The notes below the pieces were generated by a model. It made no database searches. It was not told the DNA's origin and was given only the letters and a program-made list of their open reading frames with translations. From Octopus sinensis (Eukaryota), in NCBI RefSeq assembly GCF_006345805.1, contig NC_043005.1:59520001-59584000 (forward strand): DNA of 64,000 bases, written 5' to 3'. Below, piece by piece: positions 11,171-25,000 of the stretch. Position numbers and translations under genes: made by a program. Numbering within the stretch: the stretch's first letter is position 1; every line of letters begins with the position of its first letter.

Positions 11171-13450
11171 AAATCAAAGTAGAAGCCGAAAAAGTGATCA
11201 TTTCAGATAGGAAACGTAACTGAAACCAACAAGATTATCAGGGCTGGAACAAAGTTTGCCGCAGAAAGAGCTGGATATAAAATATGTTAACAAACAGTCC
11301 ATAAAGAACAGAGCGTAGACGAATTTGTGAGAGATAAAGTAATAAAATATTTGGCACAAGTTGATAGATTGAAAAAGAGAGGAATTGCAAAGTGAAAACT
11401 TGTATGAAACTGGAAAGAATATATAAAAGAAAAAGATAGACGATATGATGATATATTGGAAGAATTTAAACAAAGAGCATTAGCAATCGTGGTAAAATGG
11501 GAAAGATATGACTATAGAAACAATTTTATTCAAGCGGAGCAAACTACTCGAGCCAATTAGAAAAGTCTGCTTGAGAAACTAGATAGGCAGTTACACTTAA
11601 CATTGGTACATGTTACAGACGAAACTAGAGCCTTTTTGTGGGAGGTGTATTAGGGATAAACCTTTATGGCATAACGACAATGCGGAGTTGCTGCATGAAA
11701 TCCAAGATAGGTTAAGATATATACGCGATGAAGTCAACATATACAATCATACAGAAAAGGCAAAAAGACAGATAAGTAAAATTCCAAAGAGGAAGGTCCC
11801 AGAGCCGAATGGTGTCCAAGGTTATGGATGAAGAAATGGAGGATTCCATGGAAGGATAAGGATAGCAGAATATCTGGATAAGTGCTTGCAGAGAGGCTCA
11901 GTACCCAACTGAATGACAAAGGGGAGACATTGTTATGTTTCAAGGATTTTGGAAAGGGTAACATTCTTTTTAACTTTGTACAAATAACGTATCTATCTTC
12001 CTCTAATGTGGGAATTATTTTCAGCTGGTTTAGTCGTTGACTATATGGATAATCAGAAAAAGTGGGCTGCTACCTAGTGAACAAAAACGGTTGTCGAGAG
12101 GGAATCTGGGGAGCGAAAGATCAATTATTAATTGATAGGCAACTCATCAGAAACTGCAAGAGAAGGCAATCTATGTCATGCTCAAATTTGTGAGCTAAAT
12201 TTGAGCGACATGGATTGATTGTCCTAAAGCATATGGCATGATACAAGACCTATGGAGTACCAGAAAACACGAGAAACCTTTTATAGAACAGTATGAAATG
12301 TTGAGGAACTAAATTAACAGCAGGTAATCAGGTGTTAGGAGAAGAAAAAATCAGGACAGTGTATGCTGCTCTTGAGTAAATTACTCCGGAAGAAAGAGTT
12401 GGGGTATGATCCAGGAAGTGGTAAAGGAAAACTTAATCACCTATTATATATAGATGATTTAGAGTTGTTCGCAAAAATTGAGGCAGATTTGAGCAGTCTG
12501 TGCAATTGATATCAAGATAGAGTTTGGACTTTCAAAAGTTTGCTGTCGTGCTGATGAGATGACAAAAAATTTGTCGGAACAGAACGAAATGGTGAAATGA
12601 TGAAAACAATTGAATTTGAATCCGGATATAAATACTTGGATATACTTGAATTAGATGGAATTATGTATATGATATGAAAGACAAGAACGAAAGAGTGTCT
12701 GCGGCGATTGTAAATGATATTGGATTCAAAGGGGGAATGCCAGAAACAGTTTTGTCAATAAAGTCGCGCACACTCGCAGGGATCGGTATAGAGATGTAAT
12801 TGAGAAGTGAATAGTGGATGAGCTTAATAAGTTGGACCGGAAGACAAGAAAGCTCCATGAGTTGTACGCAGGCAATGACTGCGTATAACACGAAGAGAAC
12901 AAATGAGAGAGGGAGACTGACACGTGGGAAAACTGCGTGCATAAACTTGCTGAGATATCTAACCCAAAGTGATGAAACTTTTTTTAGTGGCAGTTAGAGT
13001 TTAAGGCGTATTGAAAGCAAGAAAAAGGAAAAGAACGAGAAACACATGAAGATGCGATATACAACAAGGAGCTACACGTCAATTTCGTATAGCCAAAACT
13101 GAAGTATCTCCATTGTACCAAGTTTGTAATAGATTTGAGGAAATCGTTGTCCATATTGTGAAAGACTGCCCCCAAGTTGCCCAGGACCGGTGTAGGTTGT
13201 GGCGACACGATGAGATAGCGAACGTGCTGAGAGGCAAGACGTAGTATGAGTGAGAGACCCGCAAAATCCTGTAGGATTTCTCAATCCAAACAGACCATGT
13301 GCTTAAGCAAAACAAGCCGAATCTAATAGTTGTGGACAAGGTACACCAGATGTGCTCCCCAGTGGCATACGAATAGTGACAATGGAAGGCAAGAGAATAT
13401 ATATATACAACCCTATTAAATACGAGATAGCTCGATTGTGGGAAAAAGGT

Positions 13451-13610
13451 AGGAGTGGCTGTGTGGTAAGTAGCTTGCTAACCAACCACATGGTTCCGGG
13501 TTCAGTCCCACTGCGTGGCACCTTGGGCAAGTGTATTCTGCTATAGCCTCGGGCCGACCAAAGCCTTGTGAGTGAATTTGGTAGACGGAAACTGAAAGAA
13601 TCCTGTCGTA

Positions 13611-13681
<71 letters not shown>

Positions 13682-13888
13682 TTGTATGTTTGTCTGTGTT
13701 TGTCCCTCTAGCATTGCTTGACAACCGATGCTGGTGTGTTTACTTCTCTGTCACTTAGCGGTTCGGCAAAAGAGACCGATAGAATAAGAACTGGGCATAC
13801 AAAGAATAAGTCCCGGGGTCGATTTGGTCGACTAAAGGCGGTGCTCCAGCATGGCCGCAGTCAAATGACTGAAACAAGTAAAAGAGTA
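13451..13888 (+). mobile_element. tRNA-derived CORE-like SINE with internal (TA)n
   Basis: AGGAGTGGCTGTGTGGTAAG...GGTTCAGTCCC...GGCACCTTGGGCAAGTG...; full reverse copy at 48826-49229. Confidence 0.85.
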
Positions 13889-14299
13889 TAGCGCTAATTA
13901 TTGCTGTGTCCTTGGGGAAGTATCAGAAAGCATCAAGAAGAATATAAAGGAAATGGTTATAGTGCCCAGTGGAGCTGTTGCAAAAGGCTTGGCTTCTTAG
14001 CACAGCTAGAATCATCTGAAAAGTACTAGAAAGCATAGTTCCGTGGGCTACAAGTAGCAGGCACGCTACGCATGCAAGACTCCAGGAGTTCAAACAAAAC
14101 CCGAGTTAAAATTTGGCGCAAGTCTGTCAATTTTAATGATTGTGTTTGTCGATAGCATGGAACATAGTACTTTAGTGGTATATTATTTTGTTGATTTCGG
14201 AAAGATGAAAAGTAAAGCTGACATCAGCAGGTTGTGAGTTCAGAAGATTAAGACGTTTTGAATGATGGCCTCCATCAGACAAAATACAGGAAGCGAACA

Positions 14300-14880
14300 T
14301 AGCAAGACGGCAGATGAATGACTTTTTTATATTTACAAAAAGTAACAGCAAAATTTATCTGGAAGGGAAAGAAGTTTTTAAGGAAATGACGAGAGAAGAG
14401 TTATATATAGAGTTCTTAGAAAATGAGGAAGAAATTGAGGAAAAAAAAACGAAACTTATCTTTAGAAAAGAATTTCCATTTAGTTTTTTTCTTCAGGGAG
14501 ACAAGCGAGATGTGAGATAGCATGGTTATCTGGTTTTCGTGAAAACAAGGTTTATTAAAGAAAAACAATTGAGGCAATTGTATTGTCAGTATAGAGAACA
14601 GCCTTAAGTGTACATTGAGTCAAAAAATGATCATTAAAAATATCCTTTCACTCAAACAGATTGTATCAATAAATTGATACTACTACAGCTAACATCATAT
14701 CAGAATATTTACGGTTAGCTCAGTATGAGTACAAAATGCGTAGACATATTTCTTGGATTTCTAGCATGCACAAGAAAAATCTATGGGGCTTTTGTGGCAA
14801 TAGAGCATGCCAAAAAAAAATATATTCTGATCATTGATAAAAAGTGAAACACCAAATCTGGTCATTAATAAAAAAAAAAA
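14300..14880 (+). mobile_element. Decayed L1-like ORF2 3' end with poly(A)
   Basis: Broken frames with CQYREQP...YPFTQ (zinc-knuckle-like) and KKNLWGFCGNRA; ends ATTAATAAAAAAAAAAA. Confidence 0.4.
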
Positions 14881-15261
14881 GAACTGTGTTTTGTAATTTG
14901 CGTGGTATGACAATTTGTTAAATAAAAAAGAAGACAAGATATTATTTCAAGTTGCAGTACGACGTATATAAATTTAGCTTAATAATGGTTAGTATATTAC
15001 TGATATTATGTTTTCTCCAGTAGCTTAAAAATTGTAGAGCAATCTCGAAGAGATTTGATTCCCAAATATTAGGAAAGAAAACGTTTTACTGTAAAGTACT
15101 TATTTTCTCTTATTATTTTCTAATATAATTGGTGAAAATTCCTTGTCTTTTCCCATTTATATAAAACTATAGATTTGGGTTGCTTCATTATAAGTCAATA
15201 CAGTTGTTTTAAATTAATATATAATCTTTCATAACTCGTTCAAACCAAAAATTTTAGATAC

Positions 15262-15480
15262 CTGAAAAAACTTTGTCTGGCAGAATTGTTGTGCTACAGA
15301 AATCTTGGTACATATTTTGATAACTACCCCTGTGTGATTTGAATTCATGACGTAGATAGATGAATCCGCTGTTCTTGTTGATTTTCTCGAAATTATTGTT
15401 GTTAGGGTTACTGTTGTTTTAACCGTGGATAGCTCTAACGAAGCCGACCGTGGAACAGACGTGTTATTCAATATATTTTC
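15262..15480 (-). CDS. Candidate exon (219 nt, phase 0/0), Ser/Thr-rich with two Cys: ENILNNTSVPRSASLELSTVKTTVTLTTIIS...ICTKISVAQQFCQTKFFQ
   Basis: CTACTGTTTTAAG acceptor, CAG|GTATCT donor; only one minus frame is open; N-x-S/T sequons. Confidence 0.35.
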
Positions 15481-17659
15481 CTTAAAACAGTAGAATCGAT
15501 TTCAAAAGAGACATGGCTACTATTTATCATAACGTCTCGTACAACCACCAAGAAACATTATGCTTGACGATTTATTGCCATTTTTACCGGTCGTTTCCTA
15601 CATTTCACACTAGGCGGTTTGAATGTTTTTATTAAGCGGAAGACTATTATATTAACGAGGTGCACTAACTTTTGGTATGCTTTTCTGAGCAGAGTGAGAA
15701 ATATGTCGTTCGAAATGATCTTCATGACACTATAAATTATGAGCATTTGGATATGGTATTGAATTGTCAGAATTTAAATTTTGTACATAAGTGGCTATAT
15801 ATTTGTTTGTCTGCATAAATATATGAAGTTATTTTATCGCATACCCATTTGTAAACATAATATTAAATTTCTTCATATGATATAAGACAACCAAATTATA
15901 TAATATTGACAAAATATGTATCATGTTCAGAGATTAAAGAGATGAAACTTAATCAATGTCTATTTGATGTAAAATTAAACTGTATATATTTTAATAATTT
16001 GTCCACAATTTGAATATTGAATTATATGCAAACAATTCATATTAATTCATGTTAAAACAAATCTTCGTTATTAAATATTTTAAAACATCATCCGAGAAAT
16101 TTTATTGACTATTTTAACACTGTCTTTATAATTAAGATGGTGTTATCAATTTCAAAATATCTATAAGGTTCTCAATATTTTTCAAAATTTGAATTATTAA
16201 ATATTCCAAAGTTTTAGTTATTGATATTACTGTCATCAAAACAGTGAATATTATTTCGATTAATGAAATCTGCATTCATTTAATAGCTAAAAAATAAACA
16301 GATATGATCGGCACCTTTACAACACAAATATTATTAAATGCTATCCAATGATGTAGTAGAATTTGTCCTAAATGGTGTTTGTATTTTCCTTTGAACTCTT
16401 TTTTACTGAATTAAAAATGAGCTGTTGCATACATATATTTTTTATTTACAACACACGTTAATGCGTATCTTCTGCATTATTAGAATTAGTTTCTTTCCAT
16501 TACATGTTAGCTACTACATATAATCAGTACTGATATTTAAAGTTTTATGTGGAAGCTAGCAAGTTTTGTTCTAATATTAGTGGATAATTAGCAAAAATAA
16601 ATTTTGAAATGTAAATTAAATCTAGTAGGAACAACGTGTTGAGTCATAGTGTAATAAGCCATCAGAAATTGTGAAGAATCTGTTGTAACCAAGTTACAGA
16701 ATCTTATAATCAGATCATCTAGGTTGTATGTTCCAGTCTTACCTTACGTTACTTACAGAGTGCGTCATATTCTGCATAAGAATTAGAAAGTCAAAACATG
16801 TCATTCCTATTAAAGACAACAAAAACTTTTAAGCCCTATTTAAATATGTGCCGCACTGTACGAAACTCTTAAAATTGGGCTGACAAAGATATGAATATTA
16901 GGTTCACGCTGAAGACGATGAAATGATAACATACTCAGACTTCCAAAATAAAGATTTGAAATTGTATGTATAAATCTGTATCCGTATGCATTCATATATA
17001 CTTATCTACGGGCATACAAACAAGCGCACACTCTCACACTTACACACAACATACACACATGTATATTACATATATGAAACCTTAAATACATATATGATAT
17101 ACAAATGGCTGGTGGTTAACTAGTTCAACCTGCAGCCTCTTGGTTTCTGGTTTGGTTTCACAGGACTGTGTTTCACCATGGGCAATTTCTTATTTTAAAG
17201 TCTTTATTAGCAAATATTTCTGTATATCTTGTGAGGTGAAACTGCAGAAATGTCCTTTTACAATATTTAATATTTAATAAGGTAATTCTAATTAGGAGAG
17301 AAGATGAGATATGAAGCAATTAGACAATTTCAATTGTGGGTTCATGATTTATTTGCGATAATAATAGGCAACATGGCTTCAGTTTCAACAGAAATGAAAC
17401 GAGGTCATGTGATGGCAATAAATCATTTGGATGTGTAATTAATTTTTGTATGTGCTGGACATTTTACTACGCACTATATCCACTCATGCACATTTCCACC
17501 AAATACGCACGCACACATATAGATTCATACATAAACACATGCAAATACAGAGTATGTTCTAGGTTATTAACAATACGTTTGCCCGTCTTTCTTGCAAAAA
17601 AATCATACCACTGGTCACATTGTGTTCTTTCTGTTAACATTTTTCCTCCCTATACCACC

Positions 17660-17790
17660 GATGTTCTCAACTCTCAATATTATCATAATCATTTTAACGT
17701 CCATTTCTTCCATGCTTGCATGGATCAGACGGAATTCGTTAAGGCATATTTTCCTGCCGCCAGCACTCATCTGTTTCCAAGCAGGATAAT
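17660..17790 (-). mobile_element. RTE-tail SINE/LINE fragment
   Basis: CATTTTAACGTCCATTTCTTCCATGCTTGCATGGATCAGACGG, similar to 207-260 and 47640-47690. Confidence 0.5.
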
Positions 17791-18149
17791 ATTTTACCAT
17801 GAACAGACACGTTTTCACAGATTGGAAACAACTAAAATCGTCTGCATAACGCTAATTCTCATTTACATATTTCACCTGATCTCAAGACAAGGTGTCACTA
17901 AAACACAAACACACACACATACATATGCATGCACACATCTATATGCATATGCACATACGCACGCATACACACAAACACACTTACATAGACACACTCAACC
18001 GCATACACACACACTGCATATAAGCGTAAATATTGTAACTTTTATTTGGTTTCTTAAAATAGCAGTATATATTTAAGATTGCTTATATCTAGAAATGTAA
18101 TAAAGAATATAATAAATTTATTTCGGCTATAATTTTTAGGCTTATATGC

Positions 18150-19430
18150 CAAAATTATTTGAAGAAATACTTTCTGAATCTATGTGCTATGCATTCGTAT
18201 GTCATGTAACGAAGAGAACAGCATTTAGACGTAGACCACATTTTATGTTCCTAAACTCATTGTTAGCGAAAAGCAAAATGTATACGCAAACTTTAGGCTA
18301 CTGATCGCTACATTAAGTGACTCATCAATTCTTGTTTGCTCAGCAACTGCTATCGTTAGCAAGTAATGATTTTCTCATGTGTATGCGTATTTTGATACAC
18401 AGATAACTGACTGAGATATGATTTTTGACGAAATCTCATATCCACAGAGCTATGATTTGGTTATCGCTTAGTCAAATTCAGTTCTCACATATTGGCTAAA
18501 ATTATAACTGGTTATTAGATATATTGTTGAATCAATTGATAACAGATGTACTCTTATTATATAGTACTAAGTAATCTCGTCTAAAATATGTTTATCGAGA
18601 TAATACAGTTTTGGCTCTAGCAAGATTTGTTCATGTACAAGTTGTATTACTTGCCAAATCATATTGTGGTCCTTGCGTTTAATGTAAGGTTTACATAATG
18701 CTCATCATTCTACATTTCTATCCATACTTAGCGGTATAATCTTTCCACTTAACTTCTAAACTGATCTAATGGAGGGTGGTGTAACAAGTGCTTCGTATAT
18801 TAGATAACTTACTAAAACCCATTAATTTCATGTAATTGCATATGTTTTTTTTTCGTTTAGAAATTTTAAAAAATGCTTTGAGAAATCTCTTTGAATCAAA
18901 ATCTTGTCGGTGCTATGGGTCATATTCATTTTAGTTTTGTATTTGCAGTCATGACTGGGTTGAGCAATGCTTATTCGAAAGATCTTGTTTTGCGTTGGAC
19001 ATTTTAAACTTTCAAAACTTTTGCTTCAAATGTTAAAAATGTTGCTATTCTTTGTTAGATCGAGATTAGAGCTTTTGAATAGGTTGAAGGTGGGCTATTT
19101 ATTTTGCCAAATTTATGAATGGCTTTAACAAAATCTAACAAATCATTAAAAAATTCTTTTGAAATATCTTAGTAATGTTTTTTTTTATTTCGTTGTTCGA
19201 CTTTCGTTCAGCAGTGTTGATAGAAAACTTCCCATGGCATTGTCTTGTGGTGGACAGATAATTAAGAATTTCAGGGTTTTTCAACATTTCTATTGAATTG
19301 GTGTACTTCGGTAAAGCATCGTTTTCCATAAAAAGGGAAGAGGTGACTTCTTTTTTTGGAAAAGATGGGTAGACTTTTTTTTTGTTGTTTTTTTTTACAA
19401 GATCTAACACATTTTCATTTCAGCTGAGTG
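18150..19430 (-). mobile_element. Highly decayed L1-like endonuclease region
   Basis: Broken frames with PIAPT and KILIQRDFS resembling the APE motifs YAPT and IIGGDFN. Confidence 0.25.
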
Positions 19431-19716
19431 ATTGTATTTACAAAAGGTTTAGAAATTCAGAAGCAATACATCGACGAGATATAGAACTGTGTAAAAAACC
19501 TGCACAGAATGTGTCATATTCACGTTTTACTGATTTCAAATAAATAATTTAGGAAATGAGACAAATGTGAAGTTACGTAAGGCAAGAACTACAAAAGATG
19601 TTGAATAAAAACATTGAACAATGAAAAATACTTGGTGCAATCACCACTTATAGTTTACTGTATGGGGTTATTGTTCGGAGGATGTAACTTAAGATAACAA
19701 ATTGAAGCGTATGTTG

Positions 19717-19823
<107 letters not shown>

Positions 19824-19860
19824 CATACATACATATATATACTATATATACTTATATATT

Positions 19861-20165
19861 TATATATAGAGGGCATAATTATACATACATGCAGGAGGCA
19901 TTATATATACATGCAAACGCTAAGAGGGACACATCAGTCATTTCTACCAAAATATTACTAATCCACCGAATGCAATTTTCAAAGAAGACATTTAAAAAAT
20001 AGGCCTGTATCACAGTGATTTCCTATATTTTAAAATGTCTACTTTGAAAAATTGCATTCGGTGGATTAGTAATATTTTGGTAGAAATGACTGATTGTCCC
20101 TCTTAGCGTTTGGCATGTAATATAATGCCTCCTGGCTGTATGTATAATTATGCCTCTATATATTA
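19861..20165. repeat. ~300-bp near-perfect hairpin flanked by (TA)n
   Basis: TAGAGGGCATAATTATACATAC...GACATTTAAAAAATAGG / CCTATATTTTAAAATGTC...GTATGTATAATTATGCCTCTA; ~18-nt loop. Confidence 0.9.
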
Positions 20166-20399
20166 AATTAATATGTTCAATAAGAAATAATTATTCGAAA
20201 TTTTTTCTCTTATGAGGTTTTTACGCTATTACCTGACAATTTTCTTGTTAAGTTTTCTTATTAAGTAGTTGTCCTTAATTGCAATATATATATATAGATA
20301 TATATATATATATATATATCTATATATATATATATATATATATATGTAAATAATAATAATGGTATTTATATAAGCTAAATCTTATAGCGATCACCGTGC

Positions 20400-21500
20400 A
20401 ATGACTGAGGAAAATAATCGCATAATGTGGCATATAAGCACTCGACAGAAAAAAAAGTAGGTTTCCCAATGGCAGGGGACTCGAACGCACATCACTTTAA
20501 TAACACAACTGTGTTAGCATTACACGAAGGATGTTGGTTATTCCAGGACTGTGTGTGGTAATGAACGGAATCGTATTTTCATTTACTTTTTCCTTAGGTG
20601 TCCGTAGTTGGGTAATGTTCAGTGTCGTCGGCTTTTAATTCCTTCATTAATTAATCTAAGGGGTATTTCTGCATTGTGGAGAAGACTTTGAGTTCGTCGA
20701 GTTGGATTGCACGTATTTTGGGGTCAGATTTGTCTTGCCATGCTCTATGGAATGTTTCTTTTGATGTGTGATGGATGGCAAGAGTAGAAATTTAAACAGT
20801 GATGTGTGTCAGTTTTTAGGTAAAATATGTCTGTTGTGACTGTGGAGGTCTGTATTTTTATGTGGATATCCAGGAAGATTAGTTAATTGCAACTGGATTT
20901 TGTCGTGAAATTGATGGATGGGTGAAGTGTGTTCAGTATATTGTTAAAATATGTTCAGATCTTCATTCGATTTGTTCCAGAAGATGAAGCAATCATCAAG
21001 GAAGCGTTTCCACTTTTTAATGATATATTTCTTATATTCCTGATCAAAAGCTTTTGCAATTTCCTCATAAAGTTTTTCTTCCAAGTGTCCCATAACTACG
21101 TTTGTATATGAAGGCGCAAACCGCGTACCCATAGCAGTGCCATTTACTATCGACATGTTTTATTGTCGAATCTAAAGGTATTTTCCTCTAGCACTAAGCG
21201 TGTGGCCTTGGTGATGAAGTCAGTCTTGAAGCGTTCATTTATCCGTTCTCTATGATTCTCTACCCTGTGTTTGATTGCTTCTAGCGAGGTATATTAGTAT
21301 AGATATTGGTGACATGGAAAATTGTATGTATAGTAACTTCTGTGACAGCGAGGGGGGTGTGTTGAATGAAATTTATGCCATCCTGTACATAGCTGGGTAT
21401 TAAAAGGTACAAAGGTTTAAGGAGTATATCCAAAAATGATTTAGTTGTTGTGTTGGTGCTTGAGGTCCAGCAACTATTGGTCACAGTTTGAGGTCAGCAG
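20400..21500 (-). mobile_element. Penelope-like element reverse-transcriptase remnant
   Basis: FHVTNIYTNIP, NTFRFDNK, GTAMGTRFAPSYTNVVMGHLEE, WKRFLDDCFIFW are PLE RT motifs; frameshifted. Confidence 0.9.
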
Positions 21501-21590
21501 GGCTTAGTATTTTTTACGTAATGTTTTTTTTCAATATTCAATTATGTGCATCACACCTAACACTCTATACATACATACATACATACATAA

Positions 21591-21621
<31 letters not shown>

Positions 21622-21852
21622 CACACACATACGTATATATATATACATACGCATATGTGCATACATCTATACATATAATATTATATAGCATGTATGTATT
21701 ATATAAATGTATATATATATATATATATATATAATATAATAAATAGATATGTCTATTTTTTCCTTGTTAACAATATTAATAGCATTCAGTAAATCAGTAT
21801 ATATATCCATCATTTTCGGTTACAATGTCTTATTGACGAGTTGCTTTCTTCG

Positions 21853-21939
21853 CTTCCCTGAAGAGAAGATTACATTTTGTTACGCATTCTATTCCCCTTT
21901 GGAATAATACCAGTGATATTTCGAAACATGTATCGGAAG
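21853..21939 (+). ncRNA. Decayed hammerhead-like motif
   Basis: CTTCC-CTGAAGA-GAA...TTC-GAAA-C-AT-GTA-TC-GGAAG; stem I is offset by 2 nt. Confidence 0.35.
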
Positions 21940-21972
21940 TAAAATAATTTGAATAACACTGCGTTAACTCCC

Positions 21973-22043
<71 letters not shown>

Positions 22044-22341
22044 TATATATATTATATATACAAATTGAGAAGAAAACAAACAACATAGAGAACGACCCGC
22101 ATTCATCGTTAGCTGTTTTCCTAGTCTCGTATTTCTAGCATTTAACAATAATATACACTTGCGATAAAACAGTTGCTCCCGCAAAGTAAATTAAATAAAA
22201 TTTGATGAAGGATCGTTCTTTATGCTGCTTGTTTTGTTTTCCATCATGTGTTTCGTTGTTCTAAATAATAGTTAATGTTCCATCTAATCGCTCTTCGGCT
22301 TTTCTTGTTGCATACGTGTTTCATGACGACTTGTGCTCGCG

Positions 22342-22385
<44 letters not shown>

Positions 22386-22479
22386 TATTTATATATATAT
22401 ATATATACATATATATATACGTATGTATAACGTATGATGTATGTACATATACGTATGTATATATACATATATATATATA

Positions 22480-23350
22480 CGACAGCGTAACGAAGGATCA
22501 AAATGGGCTTGCAGCCCGATCCCGGCCTAAATTTGCAGCAAAAAACACAGGGAAATCATGCCCCCATGATCCCGGACCAGGGGGGAAAATAAAGGATCAA
22601 ATAGGGACGGAAAAACTATATAGACTTGGACCGGAAATGTACAATGAGAAAGGAAACCGTATAGGAATGGTAGATGAGGAGTTCAGCTGATGGGGAAAGG
22701 TGTTTGCTAGTTACATCGGGCTGAGAATCCACCAAGGGAAGGTGTGCCAGAAGAAAACAATTCAACAACGCGGGTTGATAAACCATAAGACGTGTGGCCA
22801 GAACCCCCCGGAAAATAACCATAGCGAGGTTCATTCCACAGCTGAATCGGAACAGTCAAAGAGACTGATAGGCGTGAAGAAGACAAAGGTTAAGTGGCCG
22901 AAAGCAAATGACGCAGCGAGTTATAAAAAAAATGACGACGAGGTAGCAAGAATGACCACCAAACACAAAGGCGACGACGAACAAAAAGCGCGAGCTAAAA
23001 CTACGCGCCTTCACTAGTCAGTTAAGGTGAGACAGTGTCACGTGACAACTTGCTGGGGCTGCCTGCTGGAGGCTGTGCGGCAGGTACTTAAAGGGAAAAA
23101 TTTGACAAGACAGTCAGTCACCGGCTGACACTCGCTGTCGATACATCGAAGAGGCCAGGGAACAGAAGAAAGAAGACATGCACCCAACACCAGAGCTGAA
23201 GACACCTCCGAAAGGGGGGGGGGGCACGTCAAAACGGTAGAGGAGTAGGGACCGAAACCGGACGTGTTTCCTCCTGATAATGTTTTGAGCTAACTGGATC
23301 CTATAAAGAAGTTGTTGTGGTAGCAGACCACGAAACACGGTTGTAATTCC
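22480..23350 (+). mobile_element. HERO-like RLE retrotransposon 5' fragment (C2H2-like motif and KWPKAN motif), inserted in (TA)n
   Basis: GLRIHQGKVCQKK and KVKWPKANDAASYKKNDDEV match my recollection of HERO-clade N-termini; GC-rich relative to the flanks. Confidence 0.55.
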
Positions 23351-23392
23351 TTCCTATGATTGAACGACACGCATCCTCTTTCATGTAGGTTT

Positions 23393-23450
<58 letters not shown>

Positions 23451-23841
23451 AAAATTAATATAAACAGCCAGGCACAATCTAATAATATAAAAGAAAAATT
23501 AAATCGTCATTAAGGGTGCCGAAACACTTACATTATTTGAAATAAGAGTTAAAACAGACTTAATGCTGTGAGAAGAGTACAAGCATATTTACTGGTTGAT
23601 CCTCAACACGGTCATGATATGGTTATCTCCCCTGGCAGGATATGTATATATCTGCGCTCATTTTACAGCGTTAATAGTTTTTCAGATCTTATTTCAAGTA
23701 ATGTAGGTGCTTTTGCACTCTTAGTCACACTTTATGACGACTGTATATACATACATACATTCATACACACATATATATATATATATATGATATATGCATA
23801 TACATACATACATACACACACACACACTCACACACACACAC

Positions 23842-23898
<57 letters not shown>

Positions 23899-23914
23899 CA
23901 TGTGTATATATGGG

Positions 23915-24050
23915 TACAAGACGTCACCAACAGTAAACAACATGAAATACGAAGACAAATGAGTTGAATACGTGAACGAAACAAATGGGAAACAGGACAA
24001 CTAGCATAAAGAATGACCCTTCATCAAAGTTGTCGGCTTTCTATCCACTC
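23915..24050 (-). mobile_element. Penelope-like terminal fragment; related copies at 22060-22335 and 37080-37150
   Basis: Shared TGGGTACA(A/G)GACGTC...AGTAAACA and GACCCTTCATCA/GACCCGTCATCA; all abut (TA)n. Confidence 0.45.
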
Positions 24051-25000
24051 CTACACTCACGCACGCACATATATATTAAATAAAGTTTCGTACATTCACA
24101 CCCATACGCGTATAGTAGCATAACGTACTGACGCACATCATTCTTTCCTACCTTTATGCCTTGATAAGATTCTCTTCAAACGCATACATGTGTATTTAGT
24201 ATAAATTATTTAGATGTTATCAATTTTTGAAATCAAATTAAATATCTTGATATCTAATTCTCATTTTGTCATTATTTGCAATTTCGCATACAACTCTCCT
24301 GTGATCATAATCTTATTTGTCTTTATTAGTATATTAAGTGCAACGGGAATAGGAGAGCTAATTGATAAATAAATAAATAAATAAATAAATAACAGTATTT
24401 GCATTAAAAATGATTAAAACAGAAGGGGGATGAGAAGTGAGTGGAGAAAAACTTAATATAAGAGTTCAGTAGTTCAGTGACATATATATGACAGACTGTA
24501 AGTTATCATTTCACATCTTTGCTTGAACATTATATCGGATTCAATCGCGTCTTTATAGAGTGATTAGGAATACGAGCTTATTCAGTACTATTTCAGAATT
24601 TGACTAATCTTTCTCTTAATAGCAGATTTTAGCTACTGCTTTTTAGTGACATAAGTATTTATATTAAAAAATCTTGAATTAAAGAACATATCTTATCTGA
24701 GAGTCATAAAATTTAGATAAACACACCAACAATTGGTGTTGAGATAAGATAATAAAATTGATTTTAAAATTTAATTTTGATTGGAAATCTAAATTCCGAT
24801 AGCATTTTAACTCCAGTCTCAGAAATTATTTTCGTTATTATAAATGTCGTTGCATTATTAATCGGAAATTTGAGTTTGTAAAATATGTACCAAAAAAAAA
24901 AAAAGAAAAGAAAATTGATTCGAATTTGATAAATTGCTAATATTGTTGTGATAATAATTACAAGATTATCGGCTGTTATGTTATCAATTCTATTTTCTAG

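Larger units (their letters stand above)
10720..14110 (+). mobile_element. Decayed R4/Dong-clade (RLE) non-LTR retrotransposon interrupted by two SINEs
   Basis: EFKQRALAIVVKWERY; KIPKRKVPEPNGVQGY; HLLYIDDLELF; C-terminal ELLQKAWLLSTARII; many stops and frameshifts; 5' end next to (AAT)n(ACT)n. Confidence 0.8.

Noticed and set aside
17450-18076. 208-aa ORF
   Set aside because: It spans an RTE-tail fragment and a CA-rich microsatellite, has no recognisable domain, and is probably a chance ORF
18300-18440. Minus-strand VICVSKYAYT*ENHYLLTIAVAE as a GPCR TM1-TM2 remnant
   Set aside because: In-frame stop, no further helices in register, and it lies within a probable decayed L1-like region
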